The translations under genes and the position numbers were made by a program. Below are positions 41,181 through 54,635 of a DNA stretch of 64,000 bases, piece after piece (within the stretch, counting starts at the first letter, position 1; each line of letters begins with the position of its first letter). The notes below the pieces were generated by a model. The model had not been told where the DNA came from. It ran no database searches and worked only from the letters and a program-made list of their open reading frames with translations. Source of the stretch: the human T2T-CHM13v2.0 reference genome, Homo sapiens; the NCBI RefSeq assembly GCF_009914755.1, contig NC_060926.1; one strand, given 5' to 3'.

Positions 41181-41334
41181 CAGATTGTTCAGAATTTACC
41201 CTATTCCCCCCAACTTTCTTTCCTTCCTTCCCCCCACATTGTCCTACCAATGGAGCCTTCCAAGAAACCCCAAGTGCCTGGGCCTTGGGGTTCCAGAAAT
41301 GTAGGCTGCCAAACTATACATTTCATATATAGAT

Positions 41335-41354
41335 ACACACACACACACACACAC
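41335..41354. repeat. (AC)10 microsatellite
   Basis: Pure AC run. Confidence 0.95.
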
Positions 41355-42744
41355 TCCCTCTGTCTACTGTCTGTATTATATATTCACAGTCCACACACAC
41401 ATACACAGTGTCCAGTCGCTATCTGTAGTCCCAGGAGGTAAATCACCTTCCTCTGCTATTAATCCAGCACCTTTTACTGACATTAGATTTGCTTGTAATT
41501 TTTCCCCCCAATATACACAGCCACGCTACTCTGTAGATAACCAACTAATTGAACAATATAAAAATAATTTCCCAATTTATGATAAACATGACAATGAAGC
41601 TTCCTCATTTCCCTAATGAAGAAAGGAAGCATCGAGATAAAAGTAAAACAATTTATTAGGTTTTGTTCCTGCACCACTGAAATAAAATAGTAAACCAACT
41701 TGGCAGTGACTACAGGGACCCAGCATGTGCTCATTAACTCTTTGCCAGGTACAAAGGTGTCCTAACAGCTCTGTTTTAATTCCATGATCCGGCCCATAAT
41801 CCAGTGCTAAACAATAATTAGTATTGACTTGTTAAACAGTAGTTGAAGCCTTCCTTTAAGCACCTCAAATATGCTTTAAGTTTCATAGACGAAGAATCAA
41901 AGGAAGGGGGAGGCATAGTTGAGAGAAGAGAGAGAGAAGCATGAAGGTATTTACGGTTTTTAACTGTAGAGAAAGAACTTTTCTCCTCCCTGGTAACTTT
42001 GCGAGTATTAACGCATTGTTTCCAGACCCACGCCGGCACTTTATCCACCCCATGCCTGCTCACTGTGTGAGAAAGTCTTTCCTTCCCTAATAGCTTGCCC
42101 CCACCCCACATTCCCTTTTACTTTGTTAGACTGACCAAATGTTGGACAATTTTCTCCCCTCTTCTAGTGCAGTTTAAATTCTTTCCTGAAAATGGCTCTT
42201 TTCATCCTATGCATCAAGGTTCATTTAAAATCAGCAATGAATGAAGACCTCTGGCACTGTGGATTTTCCATGGTTTTATTTATTGTTCAATTGTGTATTT
42301 GGAAACACAAGAGGGGACACTGACCACATTTGCTGGGGAAGTGATGAATGCACCCATATGGGCATAGGGAACAATGGGCTATACAACCCCATGGATGCCC
42401 TTGGTAAGGGCAGAGATGCAAAGCTGGCTCACCAGCTTGCCTCACATGCTGCTCCCACTTTATCACCTGATTCTGCCATCTCTTCCTGGTGCACAACTAA
42501 AGCAAGAAAGAAAAGCACTAGGTGTGAGAGGTGTCTACATTTTATTGCCTCATAGTATTTCTACTGGTTACATTCTCTCTGCACCTGACTGGAGTCAGGG
42601 ATTTGGAATCCAATTGCTGCTCCTCTGCTTGGATTGCTGGCCTTCTGTAACCAACCAGCATAGGAGTCACCCTTCTCAAGCAAATTGCAGATTGCCAGAT
42701 TTGCAATCCTAAACCAAATCAAGCAGCGGCCCACTGAAGTGTTC

Positions 42745-43740
42745 TTCCATCTATGCATCCATTTGTCCACCCAGCCAATCAGTCAAGTGCTTTTTAAGCA
42801 TCTCCAAATGTGTTTCAGAGCAAAATAAGAAATGGTCCCTGCCTTCAAGCAGCTTTGCAACCTGATCATGGAGAACAAACGGTGCACCAGGAAATCAAAT
42901 AGTAGTTAAAGAGGGTAATTAATGAAGCACAAACAGTGAAAGCATAGAGGTTTAGGGAGAAGACATGTTAAAGAGAGCAGAGATGGTCAGGTAATGCTTC
43001 TGGAAGATGGGGGCTAATGGAAGGCCTTGAAGAAACAGTATTATTCTAAAGAGAAGAGGGGACAAAGGGGATCACTCTGGAGACTGGAAGCAACACAAAA
43101 ACTCAGAAGCCAGAATCAGATCTCTGCCTTTCCAGAACACAAGAAAAAATTAAGCACGCTAGTAGAACACTTTAAATTTGCAAGGTACATCCATGTTTCT
43201 TCTTCTTCTTTTTTTCTTTTCTTCTCCGATAAAATCTGTGGGGTGGGCAAGACAGGAAGATTTGATGTAAAACAGCAATAGATGATGGGAAACATGTATA
43301 AGGACACTGTAATAACTCCTAAGAAAAGTAATGGGGATTATTCTGGAGAGTTAAGAGCATTAAATGGATGAAAACAAAGTATAAGATGAAGGAGAAACAG
43401 GCAGTAACTGTAGGAGGTGAGAAAGGAGGAGAATGTAAGACTATTAGCAAATTCCTTCGGTGGGTGACAAGGAGAGATGAATAGGAAGGAAGAGCAGGTT
43501 GAGGGAGAGTAGAAAGGATGTTTCTGTTCTGTATTGAGTAAACTTCAGGGGACTATGGAAAACTCAAGTGGAAATGGCCAGCAGACAGCTACATGGAGAC
43601 ATCTGGTGCTCAAGGTCGAAGGCAGAGTGGAAACAGATTGAGGAGTCATCAGTATAAATGCAGGGTCACAGGGATCCCCTATAAAAGGGGATATGGCCAA
43701 GCATTAAACCTGGGTCATTCCATTTAAGGGGTAGAAGAGA
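42745..43740 (-). mobile_element. L2 relic
   Basis: ATGGTCCCTGCCTTCAAGCAGCTT...CAAGTGGAAATGGCCAGCAGACAG...GGAGTCATCAG. Confidence 0.7.
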
Positions 43741-44454
43741 AAAGAAAGCTTATTTAATTAAGACCCATTACATATAGAAGGCCCTTGTCAAAATGTAAGA
43801 ATAACGTGTACAGGTTCATGGATCATAGATTGAAAATGAAATTGAAAAAGATGGGATTTTAGAGCTACTTCAGTCCCACCTTTTCATTTTCCCAAGGAGG
43901 AAACTGAGAGAGGAAAATAGTGACTGCACCATAATTTATTAATCCATTAGCATCTAACAATCTCCATGTTCTTGTAGAATTATTTTATTAACTATCTAAA
44001 AAACATAGAGCATAGCCTCTGAGGCAGGAACACAGGAGTTATACTAACTCCTATTATTAGAGTTATACTTCCAATAAGGAAGTGGCTAGGTAGGAATGGG
44101 AAAGAAAGCCCCAAAGAAGTTCCAGATCATGGAATATTATTACCTAGGGAGGGCAGAACTGAAAGGGGATGTCCTCGGAGAAGGAACAGATCCCAGGGCA
44201 TCCAGAGGACAGAATGGGGGAGGATGCCAGAGAAATGATCATGAAAAGTGGAAGAGAGGCACAGAAAAGGATTTCCTGTTGTGCCAAGGTGAAAAGTCTG
44301 AAGGTGAAGTCTAGATGCCCATTTAACACTTGCAGTCGGAGGGGTCTGATTAGTCTGATGGCCACTAGCTCTAACTTTCAGAGAGGTTTGAACCACAGCA
44401 TTTCCCACCTACTCAAGATGTAAAATTTTACCAAGCTGAAAAGTTGAGTTGAGT

Positions 44455-44660
44455 CATGTTAAGAGCTGGGATTTGACATCAAATACACCTAAAATGAGTA
44501 GTAAACCCTGGGCCAGTGGTGTAACCCCAGGCTCTCTGAGAAACCCTGTGTATTAAATGTAAATAATCTACCAACCTCACTGGGTTATTGAGAAGATAAA
44601 TAAAAATGGATGAAGGGGCCTGGCACAAAGTAGACTTTCAGTTCATATGAATTTCTCTTC
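44455..44660 (+). mobile_element. MIR SINE
   Basis: ACCTCACTGGGTTATTGAGAAGATAAAT...GCCTGGCACAAAGTAGAC. Confidence 0.6.
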
Positions 44661-47600
44661 CTAGGGAAGTTTCTTAAGAAGACATTCAATACACATACAC
44701 ACATACATACCTCATTCATATTTTCTAATAAATTGTTTCAAAATTCTAGATTTAAAACAAAATTCACTACACAGAGAGAAAAAGCCTGCAACAGATCTTT
44801 GTGCCAGAGCTTGAATGGAATATTATTTGTTAGAAGTTATTTATGGCATAAATAGGGGATTCCACTGGATGCCACTAGTAATTGTGATGAAAGCAAACTG
44901 GGAGCTGGGTCAACAATAAATAAATAAATAAATGAACGAATAAATAAATACTACCTAGTCACCCTGAAGAAGAAGGTCTAAAGATTAAATGTTCAGACCA
45001 ACCTCCTTTTATATGGGTGCAATTTTTGTACCTGCAATTAGCTCCCTCAGCCTTCAATCTAAGAATCAGCTGGTTAATTGTGCATGTAAGTGGCTAATAG
45101 CTCCAACTGGGGGATAGTGCAGGCCGAGAGGGTCACACACCTTCCTCCACACATGTTCTGCTGTTACACATTACAGGCAGACATATAGACAAAAACGAGT
45201 AAAAATAAAAAGAAATATATGACTTATAATACTTCAAGAGAAACAGCATGGGATAATGTACATTGCATTCTCAAAAAAGAAAGCAACCCTAAGAAATGTC
45301 ATCGTTCTTATGTTTCAGTCATAGTCATTGAGAATTATCTGCAAACGTGGGATCAAATTGAGTCTGTAATTAAAAAGGAGACAAAATGATGTTGTCAAGA
45401 ATCCCTTTCAAAGAGCCACTGGATTGCTCTATGGTCTGGAGAGAGTCACTCCCACAATATCAGAGAGAATAAGGGTGGCCCGGTTTGGGTTGGGAGTGGA
45501 GGTGGGCAGTGAGTGAAATAAATTGAAATGAATTTTTGTGGTCACAGTTGGGCAACCACAAATGGCATAGTCATCTCTAATCTCTACTTTAAGCCAACCT
45601 GATGCCCCAAATACCATCCACAGTTAGACTATCAGGCAAGTACTTGCCAGTGTTTTGAGACCATCCTGCTCCACTCTGGACTTACAGCCCAACACCCTAG
45701 CTCCTAGCTCCACGTTTCCCCTTGAGGGGTCCTTCTTCATCAATGCTTCCTACTTTAAATGTGCTATCTTTGGGTCATATAAATGTCTGACCTTTTCTCT
45801 TTGGAAACCCAGCTCATGTGTGGTTCAAGCAGTGTTCCCAATAAACCTGTCCTATCTCACATGATGGAAGAAAATGGACCACTGATCCCAGTCTTAGATA
45901 TTTGAGTGATTTCTGATTAAAAATAATACTTTGATAAACCTCCTTATAGATTCATCTTTGCCCTTATGTCTGATTATTCCATTAAAATAAGATTCTAGAA
46001 GCAGAAATTTTTCAAGCCCTTAAGTTGCCTGAAAAGTATATCTGGTTGGGAAACTGGGGACATAGAAGTCCAGCAGACTCAGCAGATTAGAATTAAAAGG
46101 TCAAGGGCTTCCTTGTATATCACATTCAATTTTTCTACATGTACCTGGTTTAATAATATGGAGCCCAAGACCCTTTTCCTATGGGGGGCAATGAAGAATG
46201 GCCTTAGAGTCAGAATACAGAGCAGAAAGAATTGATTTAAAGCTAAGTAAGGAAGAAAGGACAAAGTGCGGTATTACAAGGAAGGACTGATTAGTTGCCT
46301 AATCTCGGGTAACTTGCTTAACTCCTCTGAGCTCAATTTCCTTACCCATAAAGTGGGAATTATATGAATGCCTGTTGTACACATTCAATTCATCTTGAAT
46401 AAACATGTATCGACCATCTACTATGTGCCAGGCAGATCAAGAAAATGGTCAAAGGGGCACATATAAAAATGCTTTGCTTACTTTTCTATTTGTCATATAA
46501 GTTTAATTGGTTTTTGTAATTTATAGTTTAATGGACTCAAGGCCAACTGCCAATAAGCCAAGAAAATTTCAGAGATGCTAGATGAGATTTCGAGGACAAA
46601 ACTCTAGGAAAAGTTTTATAGAATTTCTCTTGTCACCTGAAGGACAACTCTAAAGCAAAGTCTGAGATTGGTCAAATTCACCTTGATGCCCTTGTACCTT
46701 TTATTTTTACAGTCCTTTTCCCCATTCTTTTTGCTTCCCCCATCCCGGTCTTCTGGACCCTTCATCATGAGCCCAGGCCCTCTTTATGGTGCCCCAACCC
46801 CTGGGTTGCCTTCCTTAAGCAATTCCAAAGAAATTCTTTCTACTCATCAACGTTACTCTGTCCTGTGTCCCACTCTCTTAGGGTCCTGATTGTTCAGCTG
46901 GCTAAGTTCTGATGACACTCACCATGGTGTTAATGACTGATAAATGTCTACTCCCTTTCTCTGGATATTTTCATTTCAAATAGAGGTTCCTGGAGAGTCC
47001 CTGCTTTGGTAGTGGTCATGCTAGGCAGAAAGTTTTCTCCTGCACAAACCACATCATACTAGTGACTGCCAAATTTGTCTATGCATAAAGCAGCATAAAG
47101 CAGCTAGCTCTGGTTCCCTTGGGATATCACTAACGGGCAGGGTGAAGAGAGAGCAGAATGCAGAGTTTGACACGTCACCTACCTGGAAAATGCACACTGA
47201 TCTCACCTGTCAAGGGGAGATGCCCCAACCTGTCCAGTCCCCTGCTCTGTGCAGACCTGGCTTGGACCTAGGAAGAAAGTCGCCAGAGGCTGAATTTTCT
47301 CCCTTTAGTTCTTGAATTCAACCCTCCTTCCCACAAGCCATCATTGTGCCATCAGGGGTTTCTTGTTACAATTTAATTTTTCTCAGTTGCACACTGGGGT
47401 TCTAATCTGCATCACGCCAGCAGTGGGAACGTTTCTAAGAATCATTTCACAAGACACTTTTAATATATTTCCAGTAAATTGTACCTTGACCTGTCCAGTT
47501 GGCTGGGTCATTTAATGGCGACACACCCACTGAGTCCTGAGGGCCCCTGGAGATTTACCTTGGTGCTTTCCTAACAACAACAACAAAAAAAGCTGCCTTC

Positions 47601-48699
47601 AGTGAGGGGATAAAGCTTTGCTAACATGCAAGTGCTACGGGGAACACAATGAGTACTGCCCTTCAGAGAGGGCCAGACTGCTTAGGCTCGTTATGGGAAA
47701 GACTGCACGCAGGATTAGACAAAAGAGATTTTGAAGAACTGCAGTGAAATTATACCAGCTTTGGGGGAAGTGGCATTCAAATATGAAAAAAAAATACATA
47801 TATCTATATGGCCGGGTAATTATTTAAAGCCCCAAAACAGACAGTATAGTTTATCAAATATTGTTAGCCAAATTCAGGGCTGCTTTCAGGGACTTAAAAG
47901 CATACAGCCAAATGAAAACAAAGTTTTCACAGGACAAGAGCCAGTGAGCAATCTCCTTCAAATCTGCAAAGTCAGAAGGAAAACGTAACTAATCACAACT
48001 CACTCCAAGCTGGCTAGTCGAAATGATACCAATGAGAAAAAGTGAACAGTTAATAGGGAAATTTGGAGTAGGGGAGGGAGAGGGATGGTTCCCTCCTTTT
48101 CTTTCAGGAGCTGGCATTTGTGTTTGTGTTTGTGTCATTTGGATCCAAGCCCAAGAAATAAATGAGGTTTTTTGTTTTTGTGGGTTTTGGTTTTCATTTT
48201 TCATAATCCAGTTTATTTGACCTTTATTTTTCTGATAATGAAGGGAAAGAGAGAATGTGGTTGAGACGAATTCCTCAAAAGTACAGGCGGTGAGACCAAA
48301 GGCCTGGGAGGCCAGGGGCCAGGGCAGCCAAACGCACCCCACAGGATGGTCTGGTAGCCTCCAATTTCACTCTCCAAGAAGTTTTTATTTTCTTTTAAAT
48401 TTTTTTTTCTTTTTTTAAAAAATGTCTTCCCTCCAGAAATTTAAGAGAAAAATAAATTAAGGAATGGGTGATCTGTTCTCATTTCCTACTGGGAAAGATG
48501 TTGGCTTGGTCTAGCTGCCTTGTGTCTCTTTGGAAAGACAGAGAATTCTGTTGCATTCCACCAGTAATAGAAAAGTCCCTTCTGAGGGATGCGGCCTGCT
48601 CCTTTCTCCTGCAAACTCATCAGCAGCACATCACCCAAAGCTTTGATGTCCCCACACAGCAGGCCTCCTCATGGCAGTGGGCACCCTTTCAAGAGCAGC

Positions 48700-49230
48700 C
48701 CCAGAGGTTCCTGTTTGCTGACAAACTAAGGAGGGGGAGGTGGAGAATGACACCCAGCAACACCCTCACCTGCAGCTGTCACTCCCACGTCATCCAATTC
48801 ATAAAAGTTCTGAAATGTTGGCATCTTTGCTGCCGCTTTTCATCAATGCCATTTAAGTGAATTTAGAATAATAATTTTATTAAAATGTTTTAGATGCCAT
48901 ATCTCCAATCCATAAAATTTATTGTACCTTTATGCAGAATTACACTGGAGTTGAAACATATAAATCAATTTATAAGGTCTAATGACACACAAACGCTTAA
49001 AAACTAAAGGCGATGTAGTAAATTCAAATTACCATTACAAATGTAAGCTTTGTAGTCAGTGTATGACCCGCTAAGGATTATATTTAACTCCCCTGAGAGT
49101 GGTTTATCATAAAACTTTATACTTTTATTACAGTGAATTATTAAGTCCTCCATGACATGAGTCATTCCTCGCACTGACTATGGCTTTTTTAATGACACTG
49201 TAATAGACATCTTGCTAATAGCAGGAGGGT
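48700..49230. promoter_or_regulatory. Candidate conserved developmental enhancer (HOX/PBX/MEIS/CDX motifs)
   Basis: CAGCTGTCA 48773, CATAAAA at 48800, 48911 and 49108, TTTATTG 48918, ATAAATCA 48960, TTTATTA 49124, AP-1 TGAGTCA 49158. Repeat-free. Confidence 0.45.
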
Positions 49231-49981
49231 TGCTACCTGTGCAGCAAGGAGAAGTGGTGGGAGGAGGAGGGAAAAGACAGTACAGGACTCATGCTAGAAG
49301 AGTAGATTTTCCAAGGGACTCACATTAGCAATCATACAAAGAAGTGTCAGAAGCCTAAACACACTTACCCCTCCATGTTCTGTCCTGGGTAAAACAATCA
49401 CATACCGCCTAAAAGAAATTCAATTTAGAAGTCACACATGGAGAAAGGAAAACAATCTCAATTTTCCTGAGCATTTTTAATTCTATCAAAACTTTAAATT
49501 CCTCTCTCTGCTGCTATGCCGTAGATAGGCTTCCTTTCGTTACAATAAGCTCTTCACTAATAACAGATCACCACCATCACATAACGCACAGTGACCCAGT
49601 GCTCATAAACGTGACTTTCCTGCGACACCCTTCTCTTTATACTGTGCCCACACAAGGACTCCATAGCAGGGAACTCTTTCCAGAATCCATTTGAGCCCTC
49701 AGATCATCACATGTGCAAAGTCTCCAGCCAAATCAAGGAAGGGTTTTAGATCGTTGTCCAGGTTTTAGATTGTTTTCCAGGTTTCAGAAGGCAGTCCTGG
49801 TGAGCTGGATGTCACTGGGTATCATCTACTCCTTCCAAAAACTACCTGAGGCTCACAATGCTGGTGCCACACAACCATTCACACACAATGCCATTTCCAC
49901 ATCTAGGACACCTGAATTTAGGAATCCCAATCTCCTAACCTGGGAGAAGAGCAATTCTCATAAAAGATGTCTCTGTGTTCT

Positions 49982-50114
49982 AGCCAGGCTCAGTTGTGTG
50001 AACCTGTAGATCCAGCTACTTGTGAGGCTGTGGTGGGAGGATCCCTTGAGCCCAGGAGTTTGAATCTAGCTTGGGCAAAATAGCAAGACCTGCCTCTAGG
50101 GAAAAAAAAAAAAA
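49982..50114 (+). mobile_element. FLAM (FLAM_A-like) free Alu monomer
   Basis: Single arm with A-tail. TSD AAAAGAT[G/A]T[C/T]TCTGTGTT. Confidence 0.85.
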
Positions 50115-50637
50115 GATATTTCTGTGTTGGTGAATAGACATGGGCTAAAAATAAGACTGGTGCATTCAACCAAAGAGGAGAAGAGAAAATAGATGTCTAG
50201 ACTAGTTTTCTACACATCTATATGCAAGAGTGACTTATTTGTAGGAATTTCTGATGTACACTATTATTTTTCAGAAAAAAAAAAATAAACTACTCTATGG
50301 TGATTGTCTCTGTGCTCTCATGGGCATTTGGTCATCTCTAAGGCCATGATGCAATGACTGTGAATTCCTCTTCTTGCCCAGTGGCTTGCTAATTCCCACT
50401 GGGCATTCATTTGTTAACACATGCTTCTCAGGACCACCAAGGTGAGACTTAAAGAACCAACACATATGGCTTCTGACTGGTTTATTCTGAACATTTAAGC
50501 GCAGAAATTTTTGTGAGCATGGGGTTACCAAGGCACAGATTTGACTTAATGGGCTGAACAATTCAGGTAACTGACAACAAATTTTTCATAAACTGACTGG
50601 TTGGTTGACTAATTATAGGAATCTTATTTGTTGCTAA

Positions 50638-50945
<308 letters not shown>

Positions 50946-51349
50946 ATTGCTAAGTATTTTTATAAGCACAGACATATAAAATTTATATAAAACCTCACCC
51001 CTCTCTCTCTCAGACACACACACACACACATACACTTTCCTCAATATGAATCCATTTTGAAAACTTTCACTAGAAAGTTAAACAAAATTAAACAAGCTTT
51101 TACATGAATTGCCCCAAACTTTTAAGCCATAAACAATTTTCACCCAAAATGCTATAAACTTTTCCCAAGGCTAGCCACTCTATCTCCTTCTCAGATACTA
51201 TTCCATGAGAAACTCACTGAATTCAAATTAATTTATTAAGTATTTTTGGAGGGTCTATTTCATGCCTGACCACTACACTGGGGACCCAGGGTTGGACTTT
51301 GTAAGCACAGGACCTTGCCTTCATAAAGGTAATAGTCTAGACTCTAGGG

Positions 51350-51552
51350 CAGAAGTCAGCAAACTACAGCCTACAGTCCAAATTCGGCCCACCACTTGTT
51401 TTGATAAAATTTTATTGGAATACAGCCACACCCATCAATGGCTGCTTTGAACCACAATGGCAGACCTGAATAATTGTGACACAGAAATATGGCCTGCAAA
51501 ACCTAAAATATTTACTATTGGGCCCGTTACAGATGATGTTTGCTGGCCCTTG
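51350..51552 (+). mobile_element. MER58A
   Basis: CAGAAGTCAGCAAACTACAGCC...TTTTATTGGAATACAGCCACACCC...AAAATATTTACTAT. Confidence 0.85.
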
Positions 51553-51560
51553 GTCTTGAG

Positions 51561-51748
51561 CAATGGTTCTGAGTCCTAACTGAAACTTAAAATCATCTGG
51601 GGAGATTTTCTAAAATACAATTAGAGCCCGGACTATCCTAAATCAATTAAGTCAGATCTTTGGGGTATAGAACCCTGGAATTTCTCTTTCAGGGGAAAAA
51701 AATGGTTGACTCAGGTGATTCTGATACTGAGCCAGGATGGAGAAGCAA
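51561..51748. mobile_element. MER5-like hAT MITE
   Basis: CAATGGTTCT...AATCATCTGGGGAG...CAGGTGATTCTGAT...CCAGGATGGAGAAGCA. Confidence 0.7.
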
Positions 51749-53059
51749 ACAAAATTAAACAGACTTCAGAGAATAATGGCAAAAGCAATCATGAGTGCTA
51801 AACAGGCAATGAGCCACTTTCTGAGAAAGCCACTGAATAACCCAGATGTTCTTAGCTTCTTCAGGAGGAGAGACAAATGTTCTCCACTGCTTCTAGATAT
51901 TCTGCCTCAGTAGCATGAGTTGGCTCTAAGACACATGACTCCAGGGAGAACAGCCAAAATCAGAATGTTCTCATGGAGAAGATAATCCAACATTTGTCTA
52001 CCTATTTCTCCTCACCCAGGTAGCTAAGTACATCACACCCTGAGGGAGGTTTAATATTATTTCAGTAGCTAAAACAGGTAAGCAGTCCTCCTCTACCTGT
52101 AGAGAGGACCTGTTCAAATCAACACACAAAATTATGCATCAGCAGCACCTAATCTGAGCGGTCTTGAAGGACACCAGTGCCTGTCAAAATATCTGAAGTT
52201 GGGCATCTCTGATCATCTCTCAGATGGGAACTGGGACCAATCTGGAAGCCTTCATTTGGGCTTGATTTCCCTTGGACACTGAATATATTGTCCAGGTGTT
52301 GGTGGAAAGGGTCAAACAGCAACTTAAATATGCTAGGGCTCCTGCAAACCAGCCTCATCTGGAAGAACTTCAGAGTTTCCACTGAACCTGGGAGGCTTTC
52401 AGAGACCTGGAGAGAACCTCACATTCAGGCAATCTATATGGCCTAACTTAGTTTTATTAAACAACTATGTGTTGATTAATCACTAACTGTGGATCCAGAA
52501 CTGCCTAGGCACTGAGTAATGCATAAATGCACATTCCAAAGTATTTACAGTCTCTATACACAGAACACACACTCATAACACACAAACACACACATTTCAC
52601 ACATGCACCCAAGAAATGCTTGCATAACAGCAGAAGCAACTACATGATTATGTACCATAGGGTGCAATTCAGAGGTGCAATCCTTTTCCACCTAGGGGCT
52701 GGGGTTGTAGGCCTTCTGTGGAGGAGAGTGAACCTTGAAAACAGGACCACAGCCTGTTTGAAATGAAAAAATTCCACAACCACAGAACAGCAAGGGTCTT
52801 CAGAATGACCTGATAGTACCTGTAAGGGAAGCAATACAGGAATTTGTAAGCAAAAACAACCAGTATAGAACCTGGGGAAAGAAGAGACTTATGGACTAAG
52901 AAAAAATCCCCTGGGAGACAAGAACACAGAGTTTCACACCAGACCAAAGAATTGAGAGCATCTTTCTTCTTTGACCTTCATCACCTTCTCAAATAAGGTC
53001 TTTGGGAGCTCAGAAGAGTCCTGGGTGATTTGGAGACCACTCTAGAAAGGCCCTCTCAT

Positions 53060-53300
53060 TTCATACTTCACAAAGCATTTTCATACCTGTTATCTCACTG
53101 TGCCTTCTCAACAACCCTATGAATAAAAAATTTTTAATTACCCCCATTTTTAAAACATAGATAAGTATAACTGACTTTCTAAGAGGTTAAGGGATTTTCC
53201 CAAGTCATAAGTTAGCAAATACTCAAACTGGAATCTCATTCCTGTTTTTAAAGTTCAAGATCAGTGTGGGTTTTTTTTTTTTTTTTAACTACATGATAGT
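53060..53300 (-). mobile_element. MIR SINE
   Basis: AAAGCATTTTCATAC...TCTCAACAACCCTATG...GAGGTTAAGGGATTTTCCCAAGTCA. Confidence 0.7.
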
Positions 53301-54330
53301 GTTGGGAAATGAAGACCTGCTCTCATGTCATAAAAAATGCCAGCCTGAGCCAGGGTCCTGCACAGGGCTTCCCCAGCCCTCAGGCCCCTGCTCTGAATAA
53401 CAATACCATCTAATCATCAGAATTTCAAAGACAAAAGCCACAGCAACTCTTTATGATCACTGTGATAAATTAGGGTTCCGATCCTTTATATACACACTCA
53501 AGGACTGGAAGATGTTAACAGAAATAAATGAAAAATCCGTATATCACCCCGAGGCAAATTTTAGTTTGTTTTGCACAATCAATTCATATTTCAGTACTTT
53601 GGCCTTTTGCTAAATATTGGAAGAAAAAAGAAAGGAGGGAGGGAAGAAAAGAAATGGAAAAACTGATGTTGAAAAGGCAAAGCCCACTTTTTGACACCCT
53701 AGCTAGGTCATGTTGAATGAAAGGGACACTGGCACATTTAAAAGGACCATTTAACTGGATTCCTTAAGCTGGGTCTTGACAAGAAGCTTGAAGCAGGAAT
53801 TTACTCTTTCTACTCATGGAACCCTGGCTGTGAAAACTGTCTGCCTTAGCCAAGTTTTTTTGAGTTCAGAAGTCAGCTAGATTTCTGAGCTTATAACTCC
53901 AACAGCACAGCCAGCCCACACAAGCTCCTCACCCTGTTCTACAGACTAGAGCAAGGGCTCCAAATCACAGGTGAGGAAGGTCATCTGAGTAGGAAGAAGC
54001 TGGGTTGCAGTGGAATCTACGCCTGCTGAGAAAATCCAGTGTCTTTTAAAGTCAGGAGGCAAGTGCTGTGACTGAGGTTTCAAGTTAGGAAAAGAAATGA
54101 GAATTGGGAGTCACTCAGCAGGGATGTCATATTAATGCAAGCATCTGAAACCCACCCAGTCCTTCAAGGGGCAGTAAAAATGTCACCTCCCCCAGGGGCA
54201 ATTTCCCCTTATTCATTACTACTCCTGCCACTTCTTCTGTCTGCAGCTCATGCTGTCCTGTGTCAGTCCGTACTTAGGGGCAGAGAGGCAGGAAGGTGGG
54301 GCTGTCATTTAAACTCTGTGTTTTCTACAC

Positions 54331-54635
54331 CAGGGGTCAGTAATTGACGGTCCCTGGGCCCACTGCCTGTTTTTATGGCCCACAAGCTAAGAATGGTTTT
54401 TACAATTTTAAATGGTTGAGAATAATCAGAAAAAGAATAGTGTTTTATAACAAAGAAAATGATATGAAATTCAGTGTCCACAAATTTTAGTGGAACACAG
54501 ATACACCCATTTATTTACCTATGGTGGTTTTCACACCACAGCTCAGAATTGAGTAGCTGCAACAGAGAATGGATGGCCCACAAAGCTTAAATATTTACCA
54601 CCTGGCTTTTTGCAGAAGGAACCTGCTGATCCTTG
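54331..54635 (+). mobile_element. MER58B
   Basis: CAGGGGTCAG...GCTAAGAATGGTTTTTACAATTTTAAATGGTT...GGCCCACAAAGCTTAAATATTTAC. Confidence 0.85.

Noticed and set aside
47427-47440. CTCF-like CCAGCAGTGGGAAC
   Set aside because: Mismatches at core positions; not supportable without ChIP data.
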